A stretch of 64,000 nucleotides of DNA from Bacteroidota bacterium (lineage in GTDB: Bacteria; Bacteroidota; Bacteroidia; Bacteroidales; VadinHA17): NCBI GenBank assembly GCA_037127735.1, contig JBAXXU010000005.1:3700-67699 (forward strand), read 5' to 3'. Below are positions 28,826-39,927 of the stretch, piece after piece. Position 1 is the stretch's first letter, and each line of letters starts with the position of its first letter. The position numbers and the translations under genes are program-made. The notes beneath the pieces are model-generated. The model made no database searches and was not told the DNA's origin. It was given only the letters and a program-made list of their open reading frames with translations.

Positions 28826-30624
28826 TGTTGCATGAGATTAAGGTTAAGCATGTTTTGCTCCCGTTCCTTATTTGATACTTCTCCTTTAAGATATTTTTCA
28901 ATCATCAGACCGGCAATGGGAGCAGCATAAGTTGCTCCGAAACCAGCATTTTCCACATATACTGCAATTGCAATTTTCGGATTCTCTTTAGGTGCAAACG
29001 CGATAAAAACCGAATGATCTTTACCATGAGGATTCTGAACTGTCCCTGTTTTGCCACAAACAATAATATCTTTCAACGCTGCTATTCTTGCTGTTCCGCT
29101 ATTTACAGCTTCTTCCATTCCACGTATTATTTCTTCAAAGTTTGCCGAATCAATACTTATCACGTGTTTTGTAGTGAACCGGGTATTAATTTTACCTTCA
29201 GCTCCCACTGATTTTACAATATGAGGAGTATAATAATAGCCTCTGTTTGCTATTGCTGCAGTCAAATTTGCCATCTGAAGAGGGGTAGTTCCAATCTCAC
29301 CCTGTCCTATCGCCATTGAAATTACCGTCAGAGCTTTCCATCTGTTTTTTCCGTAATACTTGTTGTAATAACTCACGGCCGGTATGAAGCCCGGGAGTTC
29401 GTTAACAAAATCCGTTCCCAGTTTGCTTCCTAACCCAAACTCATTAAGGTATCCCTTCCATTTTTCATAAGCTGCTGAAACAGACAGGTATTTCGCGTTT
29501 TCAAGAATTCTCCTGTAAGCCTGACAGAAATAAGAATTGCATGAGTTCATTATTGCACCCTCAAGATTCAGAGGAGATGCATGTGAATGACAGCTCACAA
29601 AAAGATAGCCATGGTCACAGCCAAACAATGTTGAAGGCGTAATAACCTGTTCCTGGAGCGCTATGAGTCCATTTATAGGCTTAAATGTAGAACCGGGAGG
29701 ATAGGAGGCCATTAGCGCTCTGTTAAACAAAGGCTTTAAAGTGTCAGCTGACAGGTTTGCAAAATTATCTGATCTTATCCTTCCGACGAGTAAGTCCGGG
29801 TTGTAATTCGGTGAAGATACAAGTGCCAGTACTTCTCCCGTCTTAGGCTCAATGGCAACTATACTTCCCTTTTTGTTTTTCATCAGAAGCTCTCCATATT
29901 CCTGGAGATTCAGATCAATACCGGATAAAATATTCTCTCCCTGAACAGCCAGTGTGTCCATCTTGCCATTAGAATATGATCCTTTAATGCGGCTATAGAC
30001 ATCTACAAGAAATATTTTAACTCCCCGCTTTCCTCTCAGTTCTTTTTCGTATGCTTCTTCAATTCCAAGTTTCCCGATATAGTCTCCTGACTTATAATAA
30101 TGATTCTTCCTCATAATTCCATCATCCACCTCGCTGACATATCCAAGAATATGTGAAGCAACAGGTTTTGTATATTTGCGCAGAGTTCTGGGCTGAACGT
30201 AAAACCCGGGATACAGGAACATCTTCTCCTGAAGCTTTGCATAAGTCTGATCTGAAATCTGTTTCAGAAAAGTTGAAGGGGCGCGTCTGGAATAGTTAAC
30301 AGCAGTTTTCATTCGTTCCCGAAAAAAATCACCGGTTATTCCAAGGAGATTACAAAACCCGTTTGTATCAATCTTTGAGGTCTGGGCCGGTACAACCATC
30401 AGATCGTATGCAGCCTGATTGAGTACAATCAATTCCCCATTCCTGTCATAAATAAGTCCTCGGGCAGGATACTGTATAACATATCTCAGAACATTATTGT
30501 CGGCTGAGAGCCTGTATGAATCTTTTACAACCTGTATGATGAACAATCTGATTATAAGGCCTAAAGATGCCAGCGAGATAAGCGCCATAATAATATATTT
30601 CCTGCTGATGAATGCATCTTTCAT
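28822..30624 (-). CDS. mrdA: Penicillin-binding protein 2
   Basis: PARGLIYDRNG, PPGSTFK (SxxK), SCN, KTG. Confidence 0.95.
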   Translation of the reverse strand: MKDAFISRKYIIMALISLASLGLIIRLFIIQVVKDSYRLSADNNVLRYVIQYPARGLIYDRNGELIVLNQAAYDLMVVPAQTSKIDTNGFCNLLGITGDFFRERMKTAVNYSRRAPSTFLKQISDQTYAKLQEKMFLYPGFYVQPRTLRKYTKPVASHILGYVSEVDDGIMRKNHYYKSGDYIGKLGIEEAYEKELRGKRGVKIFLVDVYSRIKGSYSNGKMDTLAVQGENILSGIDLNLQEYGELLMKNKKGSIVAIEPKTGEVLALVSSPNYNPDLLVGRIRSDNFANLSADTLKPLFNRALMASYPPGSTFKPINGLIALQEQVITPSTLFGCDHGYLFVSCHSHASPLNLEGAIMNSCNSYFCQAYRRILENAKYLSVSAAYEKWKGYLNEFGLGSKLGTDFVNELPGFIPAVSYYNKYYGKNRWKALTVISMAIGQGEIGTTPLQMANLTAAIANRGYYYTPHIVKSVGAEGKINTRFTTKHVISIDSANFEEIIRGMEEAVNSGTARIAALKDIIVCGKTGTVQNPHGKDHSVFIAFAPKENPKIAIAVYVENAGFGATYAAPIAGLMIEKYLKGEVSNKEREQNMLNLNLMQQ

Positions 30625-30635
30625 AATCAAATCAA

Positions 30636-31142
30636 TTACTTTCCTCTCCTGTAATATTCAAAAAGAAGTATAAAGGTTATGGAAAACAGTGAACTTAATA
30701 AAACTCTTAACATTGTTCTGAAGAAATCGGTAAAACGAAATACCTCGATGTAAAAAAGAGCTGTATGGTGAACCAGCACTACTAATAAAGTATAAGTAAG
30801 GAACCATTTGAAGCCATAAGTCAGCATTGACGGGACTGAACCGTGTTCATAGCCATCCCTTGGTGATATGATCCGTAAAATATAAGGTCGAACAAATCCT
30901 GCCAGTACTGTAGCGAAAGAATGCATCCCCGGAGAACCCGAGAAAAAATCTATAATAAGGCCTGTTGAAAAGGATAACAGAAGTAATAACCAGGAAGGTA
31001 TTTCAACCGGTAAAAGAAGAATAAACATCAGATAGACATAGGGATTAACATATCCGCTGAATTGGATATTATTAAATAACAAGACCTGAAGCAGGATCAG
31101 CAAAATAAAAATCAGACTAAACCTTAAAATCTTGTTGATCAT
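30636..31142 (-). CDS. mreD: Rod shape-determining protein MreD
   Basis: Hydrophobic protein with GL..D.F, between mreC and mrdA. Confidence 0.85.
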   Translation of the reverse strand: MINKILRFSLIFILLILLQVLLFNNIQFSGYVNPYVYLMFILLLPVEIPSWLLLLLSFSTGLIIDFFSGSPGMHSFATVLAGFVRPYILRIISPRDGYEHGSVPSMLTYGFKWFLTYTLLVVLVHHTALFYIEVFRFTDFFRTMLRVLLSSLFSITFILLFEYYRRGK

Positions 31143-31960
31143 TGAAATAGTTTTTCAAGTTCAAGTTGCTCGGTTTTTTTCATATTACCAATAATATCCA
31201 CAAAGTGTAATTTTCTGAAATCGGTTGCCAATAAAACTGTTATTTTATAAAAGTCACCACCCATCTTCTCAAAATCGCTCACAGTGCCAACCAACACCCC
31301 TTCCGGGAAAATTGCTGAATAACCTGTAGTTTCAATTGTATCACCCATATTTACGAAGACATGCTGAGGTATTTCACTTAAAACAGCATAATGTGTGTCT
31401 TTACCGTTCCAGTTCAGTGATCCGAAATAACCATTTGTTTTTATTCTTGCGCTTAATCTGAAATCGAGGTTAAGAAGTGACATGGCAACAGAATAGTTTT
31501 CGGAACAGCTTACTATCACTCCGGCAACACTGTTTTCGGAAGTAACGGCCATATCAACTTTTATACCTTGCCGGTCTCCCTTATTTAGCGTAAAAAAATT
31601 CTTCTGCCTGTTTATTGAATTACTAATGACTTCAGCAGATGTATGGAGGTATTGTTGCCTGTAAATGGAATCGGTAACAGAAAAAAAAAGCAAATTCTCT
31701 TTATTGTTTGTACGCCCGATACTGTTTCTCAGAGCAATGTTTTCTGCTGCAAGGTTCACATTTATCTCACGAAGATTCAGGTAGTTCCGGGTATTATTAA
31801 TTTTCTCCTCAGTTTTTTTTGTAAGGTTCCTGATGCCATTCAAAACCCTGGTATTATGATAATTATTACCTGTTGCAAGCAAATAAACAGCTATTCCTTC
31901 AAGAATAAGAAAGATGATCAGGTTATTGTATTTCGATAAAAAATTCAGCAGACTCCTCAT
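31139..31960 (-). CDS. mreC: Rod shape-determining protein MreC
   Basis: N-terminal TM, L..EN..L coiled coil, NKG...G, GD.I.T.G...FP.G. Confidence 0.9.
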   Translation of the reverse strand: MRSLLNFLSKYNNLIIFLILEGIAVYLLATGNNYHNTRVLNGIRNLTKKTEEKINNTRNYLNLREINVNLAAENIALRNSIGRTNNKENLLFFSVTDSIYRQQYLHTSAEVISNSINRQKNFFTLNKGDRQGIKVDMAVTSENSVAGVIVSCSENYSVAMSLLNLDFRLSARIKTNGYFGSLNWNGKDTHYAVLSEIPQHVFVNMGDTIETTGYSAIFPEGVLVGTVSDFEKMGGDFYKITVLLATDFRKLHFVDIIGNMKKTEQLELEKLFQ

Positions 31961-31973
31961 TCACCCCTTTGAA

Positions 31974-32996
31974 TTATCTCATTAGGAACTGAAACTTATC
32001 GACATTTTTCAGGGCAACCCCTGTGCCGCGCGCAACTGCATGCAAAGGATCTTCAACAACATTGAATTTAATATTTATCTTGTCAGACAATCTCTTGTCA
32101 AGACCTCTCAGTAAAGCTCCACCCCCGGCCAGATAGATTCCTTTGTTTACAATATCAGCATATAATTCAGGAGGTGTTAGTTCAAGAACGTTTAACAGGG
32201 CAGCTTCGACTTTAGATAATGATCTATCGAGACAGTAAGCTATTTCCTGATAAGAGATTGGTATTTCGATCGGGAGGGCAGTCATAATATTTGGCCCTCT
32301 TACTATAAAGTCAGCAGGTGGATTTTCTATATCAGGAAGAGCGGCGCCTACTCCGATCTTAATGTCTTCCGCTGTCCGTTCGCCAATTTTAATATTATGT
32401 TGATGACGCATATATGCCTGAATATCAGCTGTAAATCCGTCTCCTGCAATTCTGATAGATTTATTGCAAACTATTCCTCCGAGAGCAATAACAGCTATTT
32501 CGGTAGTGCCTCCCCCGATATCAACCACCATGCAACCTTCGGGCGCTTCAACATCGATGCCTATCCCTATTGCAGCTGCCATCGGTTCATAAATCATATA
32601 TACATCGCGACCACCGGCATGTTCCGATGAATCGCGCACTGCGCGTATTTCTACCTCTGTGCTGCCCGATGGTATGCAAACTACCATTTTCAGTGATGGG
32701 GAGAAAAAGCGTGGCCCTTTGTTAATCATCTTGATCATTCCCCTTATCATCAGTTCGGCAGCATTAAAATCGGCTATTACCCCATCGCGTAAAGGTCTGA
32801 TAGTCTTAATATTTTCGTGTGTCTTGCCATGCATCTGCCTTGCTGTTTCACCTATTGCTATCAGCTTACCCGTATTTTTATCAATTGCCACTATAGATGG
32901 TTCATCAACAACAACTTTATCATTGTGAATGATGATGGTGTTTGCTGTTCCGAGGTCAATTGCAATCTCCTGCGTTAAGAATGAAAATAGTCCCAT
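31974..32996 (-). CDS. mreB: Actin-like rod shape protein MreB
   Basis: IDLGTANT, RPLRDGVIADF, DIGGGTTE, GGGALL. Confidence 0.97.
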   Translation of the reverse strand: MGLFSFLTQEIAIDLGTANTIIIHNDKVVVDEPSIVAIDKNTGKLIAIGETARQMHGKTHENIKTIRPLRDGVIADFNAAELMIRGMIKMINKGPRFFSPSLKMVVCIPSGSTEVEIRAVRDSSEHAGGRDVYMIYEPMAAAIGIGIDVEAPEGCMVVDIGGGTTEIAVIALGGIVCNKSIRIAGDGFTADIQAYMRHQHNIKIGERTAEDIKIGVGAALPDIENPPADFIVRGPNIMTALPIEIPISYQEIAYCLDRSLSKVEAALLNVLELTPPELYADIVNKGIYLAGGGALLRGLDKRLSDKINIKFNVVEDPLHAVARGTGVALKNVDKFQFLMR

Positions 32997-33019
32997 TATA
33001 TGAGATATTTAATTAATAT

Positions 33020-34543
33020 TTAATGTTTAAAATGTCTGATTCCCGTGAATACCATTGCTATTCCATGCAAAGAACAATAATCAATTGATTCCTGATCCCT
33101 GACTGATCCTCCGGGTTGCACAATCGCGGTAATACCGGCTTTATGAGCAATCTCAACGCTGTCGGCAAAGGGGAAAAAGGCATCTGATGCCAGAACCGAT
33201 CCTTTCAGATCGAACCTGAATGAGAGTGCTTTTTCAATTGCCTGCTTTAATGCATCCACCCTCGAAGTCTGCCCAATACCACTGGCACATAACTGACTGT
33301 TTTTAGCTATTACAATCGCGTTGGATTTGCTGTGTTTAACAATAATATTGGCGAACACAAGATCTTCAATTTCAGACTGTTGTGGAGCTCTCAGAGTTAC
33401 CGGCCTCATCTCATGGGAGGTTTCGGTATTCCTGTCCCTTTCCTGCCAAATGACTCCGTTAAGCAACGATCTGAATCCTGAATCGCTTCTGGTTGAGTTT
33501 TTTCTGAGAAGTATTATACGGTTCTTTTTTTGTTTTAGTATTTCAAGTGCAGAATCTGTAAAGCCGGGAGCAATGATAATTTCAAAAAATATCTTATCAA
33601 TCTCTTTAGCTGTCACTTCATCCACGGGTGCATTTGTAACTATTACACCTCCGAATGCTGATACAGGATCGCATGCAAGGGCATCGTTAAATGCATCAAC
33701 AGGATTTTCACGCGAAGCAATGCCACATGCATTGTTATGCTTAATAATACTATATGTTGTTACGGTAAACTCATCAATAATATTTAAAGCAGCATCAAGG
33801 TCGAGAAGGTTATTATAAGATATCTCTTTCCCGTGAAGCTTATCGAAAATCAGGTGAGGATCGCCATAAAATATACCCTTCTGATGAGGGTTTTCGCCAT
33901 AGCGTAAAGGATAGAATGAATTGGCACTCTCCCTGAAAGCCGGAATATCTGATTGCCTGTTAAAATATTTAAAGATGGCAACATCATAATGTGAAGATGT
34001 CTGAAAAGCCCGGGTAGCATAATGACGTCTTTCAGCAATAGAAGTAACCCCTTTCTTTTCATTTAACAGGGCAAGAAAATCAGGATACTGCTCTATTCCT
34101 GAAACTACAAGAACATCTTTATAGTTTTTAGCTGCTGCCCTGATGAGCGAGATACCACCAATGTCTATTTTTTCAATTATTTCCTCTTCTTCAGCCAACG
34201 ATGCTACTGTCTCCCCGAAAGGGTAAAGGTCAACAATCACGAGGTCAATTTCAGGTATATTATATTTTGAAAGCTGCACGAGGTCCTCACTGTTTTCCCT
34301 TCTGGCCAGTATTCCTCCAAAAACTGATGGATGAAGTGTTTTAACCCGACCGCCAAGGATCGAAGGGTAAGATGTAAGATCCTCTACTTTTTCAGCCGGA
34401 AAACCAAGATCCTTTATAAAGTTGAAGGTACCGCCTGTGGAATATATCTTCACGTCCAGCTTATGAAGCAATGTGACTATGTCTGCCAGTCCCTCCTTAT
34501 TAAAAACCGAAATCAGAGCACTGCGTATTCTTTTGTCACTCAT
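33020..34543 (-). CDS. purH: Bifunctional AICAR transformylase / IMP cyclohydrolase
   Basis: ALISV, GRVKTLHP, IDIGG, LRYGENPHQ, SDAFFPF, QPGGS.RD, RHFKH. Confidence 0.97.
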   Translation of the reverse strand: MSDKRIRSALISVFNKEGLADIVTLLHKLDVKIYSTGGTFNFIKDLGFPAEKVEDLTSYPSILGGRVKTLHPSVFGGILARRENSEDLVQLSKYNIPEIDLVIVDLYPFGETVASLAEEEEIIEKIDIGGISLIRAAAKNYKDVLVVSGIEQYPDFLALLNEKKGVTSIAERRHYATRAFQTSSHYDVAIFKYFNRQSDIPAFRESANSFYPLRYGENPHQKGIFYGDPHLIFDKLHGKEISYNNLLDLDAALNIIDEFTVTTYSIIKHNNACGIASRENPVDAFNDALACDPVSAFGGVIVTNAPVDEVTAKEIDKIFFEIIIAPGFTDSALEILKQKKNRIILLRKNSTRSDSGFRSLLNGVIWQERDRNTETSHEMRPVTLRAPQQSEIEDLVFANIIVKHSKSNAIVIAKNSQLCASGIGQTSRVDALKQAIEKALSFRFDLKGSVLASDAFFPFADSVEIAHKAGITAIVQPGGSVRDQESIDYCSLHGIAMVFTGIRHFKH

Positions 34544-34698
34544 TATATGATAATTACGATTGTCTTTGGCTAATTATTTACGGCGTCTAAAAATAGATAT
34601 TTTTTTAATAACCTCAATACATTATATAATATATGATTCTCTGCTTTAAATGATTTTCGTATATTTGACCCACAATTATATTATTTCAAAATACGAAA

Positions 34699-35946
34699 AT
34701 GTTTTTCAGGTTACTTAAAGAAGGTTTTGTTTTCGCTGTTAACTCTGTTATTGTAAACAAGTTAAGAACTTTTCTTTCCCTTTTCGGAATTACTATCGGC
34801 ATTTTTTCAATTATTTCGGTCTTCACGGTACTTGACTGGATGGAAAAATCGATCCGTGACAGTATTTCATCACTTGGAGATAATGTGATTCACGTTGACA
34901 AATGGCCGTGGGGATTTGAACCCAACCTGAAATGGTGGGATATCATCAAATGGCCTGCAATTTCGGAAAGTGATTTTAAGGCAATTCTTAACCGATCCAC
35001 CAAAACATCATCAGCCAGTTTAAGGATCGCCCAGAATGAACCTATAAAATACAGGAAGAATCTCATAAGTGATGCTACTATTTGGGCGGCCACTCATGAA
35101 TTTGAGAATCTAAGAACATTTGAAATTGAGTATGGACGCTACTTTTCACCTGAAGAATCTTCCTCTGGGAAAAATGTTGCCATTGTAGGTACTGTAATTG
35201 CTGAGAAGTTATTCGGAAAGGCCGATCCTGTTGGCAAAGAGATAATGATTTCAGGGGAAAAAACATATGTAATAGGCGTATTTAAAAAAGAAGGTCAGGG
35301 TGGACAAGTCGACGGCGGAGTTGATGAGACTACACTTATTCCCTATAATTATGGAAAATCTTTCATAAATATGAAGAATAATTTTCTTGATGCCACTCTT
35401 ATGATTAAGGCAAAAGATGGTGTTCCGATACAGGAATTAAGTGATGAGACGACTATGATTCTCAGGGCTGCAAGAAGACTTCAACCTGATGTTATAAATA
35501 ATTTTTATTTAAACAGGGCAAGTCTTATAACGAAGAGTTTTGATGCTGTTTTTGCAGGAATTAATATAGGTGGCTGGATTATTGGAGGATTTGCAATTCT
35601 TGTCGGCGGATTTGGAATTGCAAACATCATGTTTGTTTCAGTAAGGGAGAGAACAAACATTATTGGTATTCAGAAGGCGCTCGGAGCGAAAAAGTTTTTT
35701 ATCCTTCAACAATTCCTGGTTGAATCAGTGCTTCTCTCGATTCTTGGCGGGTTACTTGGAGTTTTAATGATATTCATTGCCACATTAGTCATTAATTACC
35801 TGTATGATTGGCACATATATCTGACTTTGGCTAATACCTTTCTGGCAATAATCATTTCAGGAATTATCGGAGTTGTAGCCGGTTATGCTCCGGCATATTC
35901 AGCAGCTAAAATGAATCCTGTTGAGGCAATAGGCTTCTCATTCTGA
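34699..35946 (+). CDS. MacB/FtsX-like ABC transporter permease
   Basis: [46 protein letters not shown]. Confidence 0.85.
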   Translation: MFFRLLKEGFVFAVNSVIVNKLRTFLSLFGITIGIFSIISVFTVLDWMEKSIRDSISSLGDNVIHVDKWPWGFEPNLKWWDIIKWPAISESDFKAILNRSTKTSSASLRIAQNEPIKYRKNLISDATIWAATHEFENLRTFEIEYGRYFSPEESSSGKNVAIVGTVIAEKLFGKADPVGKEIMISGEKTYVIGVFKKEGQGGQVDGGVDETTLIPYNYGKSFINMKNNFLDATLMIKAKDGVPIQELSDETTMILRAARRLQPDVINNFYLNRASLITKSFDAVFAGINIGGWIIGGFAILVGGFGIANIMFVSVRERTNIIGIQKALGAKKFFILQQFLVESVLLSILGGLLGVLMIFIATLVINYLYDWHIYLTLANTFLAIIISGIIGVVAGYAPAYSAAKMNPVEAIGFSF

Positions 35947-36720
35947 TATTACTCTGTTCTCATCAATCCATCTGGTAAGCTGAACAAATTGATTAACAGA
36001 TAATTGTTCAGGTCTCAGACTAAATTCAAAATAATCATCGCGTTTCAGCTCAAATGCAGCTCTCACGGAGTTTCTTAATGTTTTCCTGCGCTGGTTAAAG
36101 CAGGCTTTAACAACCCTGAAAAACAATATCTCGTTGCAATCGAGATTTTTCACATCGTTTCTGATTAACCTTATAACTCCCGATTTTACTTTTGGTGGTG
36201 GCGAAAAAACATGTTCCTGTACAGTAAAAAGGTACTCTGCTTTATAAAATGCCTGGAGTAAAACACTGAGGATGCCGTATGTCTTTGAACCTGGTCCGGC
36301 ACAAATTCTTTCAGCAACCTCCTTCTGCAACATTCCGGCTATCTCAACAACCTTTTCGCGGTGTTTCAAAGCCTTGAAAAATATCTGTGTTGAGATATTA
36401 TATGGAAAATTACCTATTATGGCCGTCTTTTCAGGAAAATAAGCATCAATATCCATTGAGAGAAAATCACCTCTTATTATGTTTTTCAGTTCCGGGAAAT
36501 TAGTCTGAAGATAATGCACAGACTCGTTATCTATTTCGATGACCCTGAAATCAGAAAATTCTCTCTCCATCAGGTAACCTGTAAGAATCCCCATTCCGGG
36601 ACCAATTTCGAGTACAGAGTTGTATCCGGTACCTGTGAGAGAGAAGGCTATTTTGCGGGCAATTTCTGTATCTTTTAGAAAGTGTTGCCCAAGTCTCTTT
36701 TTTGGCTGTACTCTACTCAT
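35938..36720 (-). CDS. rsmA: 16S rRNA m6,2A dimethyltransferase
   Basis: [37 protein letters not shown]. Confidence 0.95.
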   Translation of the reverse strand: MSRVQPKKRLGQHFLKDTEIARKIAFSLTGTGYNSVLEIGPGMGILTGYLMEREFSDFRVIEIDNESVHYLQTNFPELKNIIRGDFLSMDIDAYFPEKTAIIGNFPYNISTQIFFKALKHREKVVEIAGMLQKEVAERICAGPGSKTYGILSVLLQAFYKAEYLFTVQEHVFSPPPKVKSGVIRLIRNDVKNLDCNEILFFRVVKACFNQRRKTLRNSVRAAFELKRDDYFEFSLRPEQLSVNQFVQLTRWIDENRVISE

Positions 36721-36748
36721 CGCTCCCGGGTATATTCAATAGTTAAGC

Positions 36749-39700
36749 CTAAAATTGCAGAAGGTCTCTTCCAAACTTTCGTAATATTGGCAATTTCAGG
36801 GATTCAAGAAATGCTATAAATTTCTTCAGGATGTTATAATACAATGCAATAAACAGAAATAGATTCAATAACCAGATCACACTTATATTAAACAACAGTG
36901 TTCCGATCCTGAGATCACCAATCTGTTTATAAGGAGCGAAAAAATGAGCTCTCCCATATTTTGATCCCGGAGGCATAAAGATAGGATCAGCTTTTTGAAT
37001 AAGTCGGTCTTCTGCATCATATATTTTACTGGCAGATAACCTGTTAAGTACAATGTTGGCAAGATTTTCATTATAATCTTTACTCCTCATCTCAATGAAC
37101 TTATCCTCTCCAATACTGCCGGCAATTTGTTTAAATAATGAATCACGTCTATTTGTTACTGCCCGGCTTTTTATTCTGAATGAACCCCTTAAGCTGTCGA
37201 GATATTTTGTTGCTTCATTAGCAACAAATTCATTCAAACCATCATAATTTATATTACTGATCCATGCCCCGGGGTTAATACCGGAAACAGAAGAAAGATC
37301 ATTTATATGATAATAAATTTTTCTTAAATTTTTCTCAACGGATTCCCGGTATTCAGGATTTTTTCCTTCAGCCAGACACTCGCTGACTTTTACTTTTAAA
37401 GTCGGGAGGAGAAATGAAGCATTCCAGTCATCCTGACTTATTTCCATATCATATTTAAAAAATGGCCTTTCAACTCTGTTACTCTTAAACTGTTCAACAC
37501 TCATTGCTTCATAAGCCCAGCGCGTTACCATAATATCTCCTACAACCGGGACAAATATTTTCTTGCTAATTGATTTGTGAAGGTCATCAAATTTTATCAT
37601 CGCTCCTCCCAGCAGGAGCTGAGGCACAAGTATAAGTGGTATAAGGATATAAATACTGACAGCTGTACGCATGCCGGCAGATATATTAAGTCCGAGCAGG
37701 TTACCGAAACAGGCAGTTGAGAAGAGGATTATCCATTGCTGGAAAAGCATACCTTGCACTTCAAGGATCGAATTTGCTACCAGGATAAATGACAAAGATT
37801 GTATGGCCGATAAAGCAAATAGAAAATTGATTTTTGAAAGAAGATAACTCAATCTGCTTAAGTCCAGAAATTTCTCTCTTTCAAGGATTTTTCTATCTCT
37901 GAAAATTTCTTCGGCGCTAACAGTAAGGCCGAGAAAAAGAGAGACTATAACTGACATGAAAAGGAATACCGGGTAATTTTTGTTGTTTGCAAAACTGTAT
38001 GTTCCGTTCTCGCTGAATTTTGAGATATATCCGAGAATGAAAGCCAGGAGCGGGGCCTCAAGAAGATTGATCGCCATATACTGAGTGTCTGCCAGCTTCC
38101 GCGTAAGGTTTCGTTTAATAAAAGTCTTTATCTGATCCGTTTTTTTGGGAACTCTGAAGTTGCTTGGAGGAATAGCTGTTTTTGAGGGCTTTATGCCAAG
38201 AACCGGCATCATTTTCTTTATATATTTCTCGTACCATTCCTTCGGGCTCACCTGTCTCTCTTTTCCGGGGTATCCTGAATTATCAATAACCTTAACCTCA
38301 ATAATATGCAAAATGTTATCTGTTTCAACATTTCCGCAATTCGGACATTCACTTTCGGCAGCATTTGCCTGCGATGTCTCAGTTTTAAAATAGACCAGGG
38401 CTTCAACAGGATCGCCATCATAGATCATATACCCCCCCTTATCGAGCAGCCACAGCCTGTCGAACATTTTGATGATATCTGAAGAAGGTTGATGAATTAT
38501 TGCAAAAACCAGCTTACCGCTCAAGGCCTGGTTTCTTAATAAACTCATAACTTTTTCTGAATCGAAAGAAGATAATCCTGATGTTGGCTCATCAATAAAC
38601 AGTACCACCGGCTCTCTCATAAGTTCAAGACCAATATTAAGTCGCTTCCGCTGGCCCCCACTCACCTTCTTATTCATCAAATCTCCAACCTGAAGATCTT
38701 TGATGTCAGAGAGGTCAAGATCATGAAGTACTTTTTCGACAGTGTTCTTTAGCTGTTCTTCATTATAATCGCCAAAACATAACCGGGCATTAAAATAAAG
38801 ATTCTGATATACTGACAGCTCCTCAATAAGCATATCATCCTGTGGGACAAATCCTATGAGCCCTTTCAGTTCTTCCGCATCAGAATTTATGTCATAACCA
38901 TTTATATAGAGGTTCCCGGATGTAGGGCTTATCTTGCCATGGAGCAAATTAATTAACGTGGTCTTGCCGACACCGCTGCCTCCCATAATGCCGATAAGAT
39001 TGCCCGATTCAACCCTGAAATTCATTTTCTGAAGTCCGTTATCGGAGTTCTTAAACTGAAATTCAACATCATGCCCCTCATAGAATATCTTTTCAGGGAA
39101 TTTCCTTGAAATGAATTTTTTATAAATTTTTGAATAATATATGGGATCAATATTCGGCCCCTTAATATTAACACCACGGTCAAGAAGATAAGGTCGGCAG
39201 GCAATAATATCTCTTCCTTTAAAATACAGAACCTGCGGGCCGTCGTAAGTAAAGAGAAGTGTTCCTGTGCTCTCAATATGCATCACAACAAGATGACCTT
39301 TGAACCCTTTAATCCTGATATGTCTCCATTTGTCGTAATTTTTATAGATGTCAGCGCCGGAATATTTAGGATTATCGCTTTCAATTATGAGAATACTCTC
39401 TGGTAATACGTCATCATACGATCTGCCAATCATGAAGGCGGTGGCGTTATCGTACTCCTTTTTAGAAATATTAAATGTCCTAGAAACAATGTCAATAATT
39501 GTCTTCTCCTGTTCGGAAATCATTCCATCTTCAAATGCAAATTCTATAAGTTGAAGAAAAACGATCATCCTTTCTTCAAGGAATAATCCTTTTTTTATTT
39601 GCCTGCAAATATTTGTTATCTGGAATGATATAAGAGAATCGTCATCTGACAGTTCAGCTTTGTCAACACTTTTCAGCTCATTTGAATAGAACTCAAGATT

Positions 39701-39862
39701 ATTCTGAAAGAGTGAATAATATTCTTCCTCCAGCTCCCTGTTAAGATATCTTCTGAGGTAGCTTCGAAGTATTTTTTTCCCCCGCGCTGAAATTCCTGAA
39801 GGATTGATAGTCGAAACGATTGCAAAAATGTGAATTAAAGCAAGTAATACAGATTCCCTCAT
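36749..39862 (-). CDS. ABCG-type ABC transporter with N-terminal TerB-like region (paralog of 1564-4647)
   Basis: GGSGVGKTT, VPQDD, VSGGQRKR, FIDEPTSGLSS, IHQP, CPNCG, ABC-2 membrane domain. Confidence 0.85.
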   Translation of the reverse strand: MRESVLLALIHIFAIVSTINPSGISARGKKILRSYLRRYLNRELEEEYYSLFQNNLEFYSNELKSVDKAELSDDDSLISFQITNICRQIKKGLFLEERMIVFLQLIEFAFEDGMISEQEKTIIDIVSRTFNISKKEYDNATAFMIGRSYDDVLPESILIIESDNPKYSGADIYKNYDKWRHIRIKGFKGHLVVMHIESTGTLLFTYDGPQVLYFKGRDIIACRPYLLDRGVNIKGPNIDPIYYSKIYKKFISRKFPEKIFYEGHDVEFQFKNSDNGLQKMNFRVESGNLIGIMGGSGVGKTTLINLLHGKISPTSGNLYINGYDINSDAEELKGLIGFVPQDDMLIEELSVYQNLYFNARLCFGDYNEEQLKNTVEKVLHDLDLSDIKDLQVGDLMNKKVSGGQRKRLNIGLELMREPVVLFIDEPTSGLSSFDSEKVMSLLRNQALSGKLVFAIIHQPSSDIIKMFDRLWLLDKGGYMIYDGDPVEALVYFKTETSQANAAESECPNCGNVETDNILHIIEVKVIDNSGYPGKERQVSPKEWYEKYIKKMMPVLGIKPSKTAIPPSNFRVPKKTDQIKTFIKRNLTRKLADTQYMAINLLEAPLLAFILGYISKFSENGTYSFANNKNYPVFLFMSVIVSLFLGLTVSAEEIFRDRKILEREKFLDLSRLSYLLSKINFLFALSAIQSLSFILVANSILEVQGMLFQQWIILFSTACFGNLLGLNISAGMRTAVSIYILIPLILVPQLLLGGAMIKFDDLHKSISKKIFVPVVGDIMVTRWAYEAMSVEQFKSNRVERPFFKYDMEISQDDWNASFLLPTLKVKVSECLAEGKNPEYRESVEKNLRKIYYHINDLSSVSGINPGAWISNINYDGLNEFVANEATKYLDSLRGSFRIKSRAVTNRRDSLFKQIAGSIGEDKFIEMRSKDYNENLANIVLNRLSASKIYDAEDRLIQKADPIFMPPGSKYGRAHFFAPYKQIGDLRIGTLLFNISVIWLLNLFLFIALYYNILKKFIAFLESLKLPILRKFGRDLLQF

Positions 39863-39878
39863 AAAGACATCAAGTAAT

Positions 39879-39910
39879 AAAAAGACCGCAAAGTGAAATG
39901 CTTTGCGGCC
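39879..39910 (-). terminator. Terminator-like hairpin between the lipoprotein and ABCG genes
   Basis: ccgcaaag/ctttgcgg stem followed by a T-run on the minus strand. Confidence 0.55.
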
Positions 39911-39927
39911 GCATATTAATGAAATAA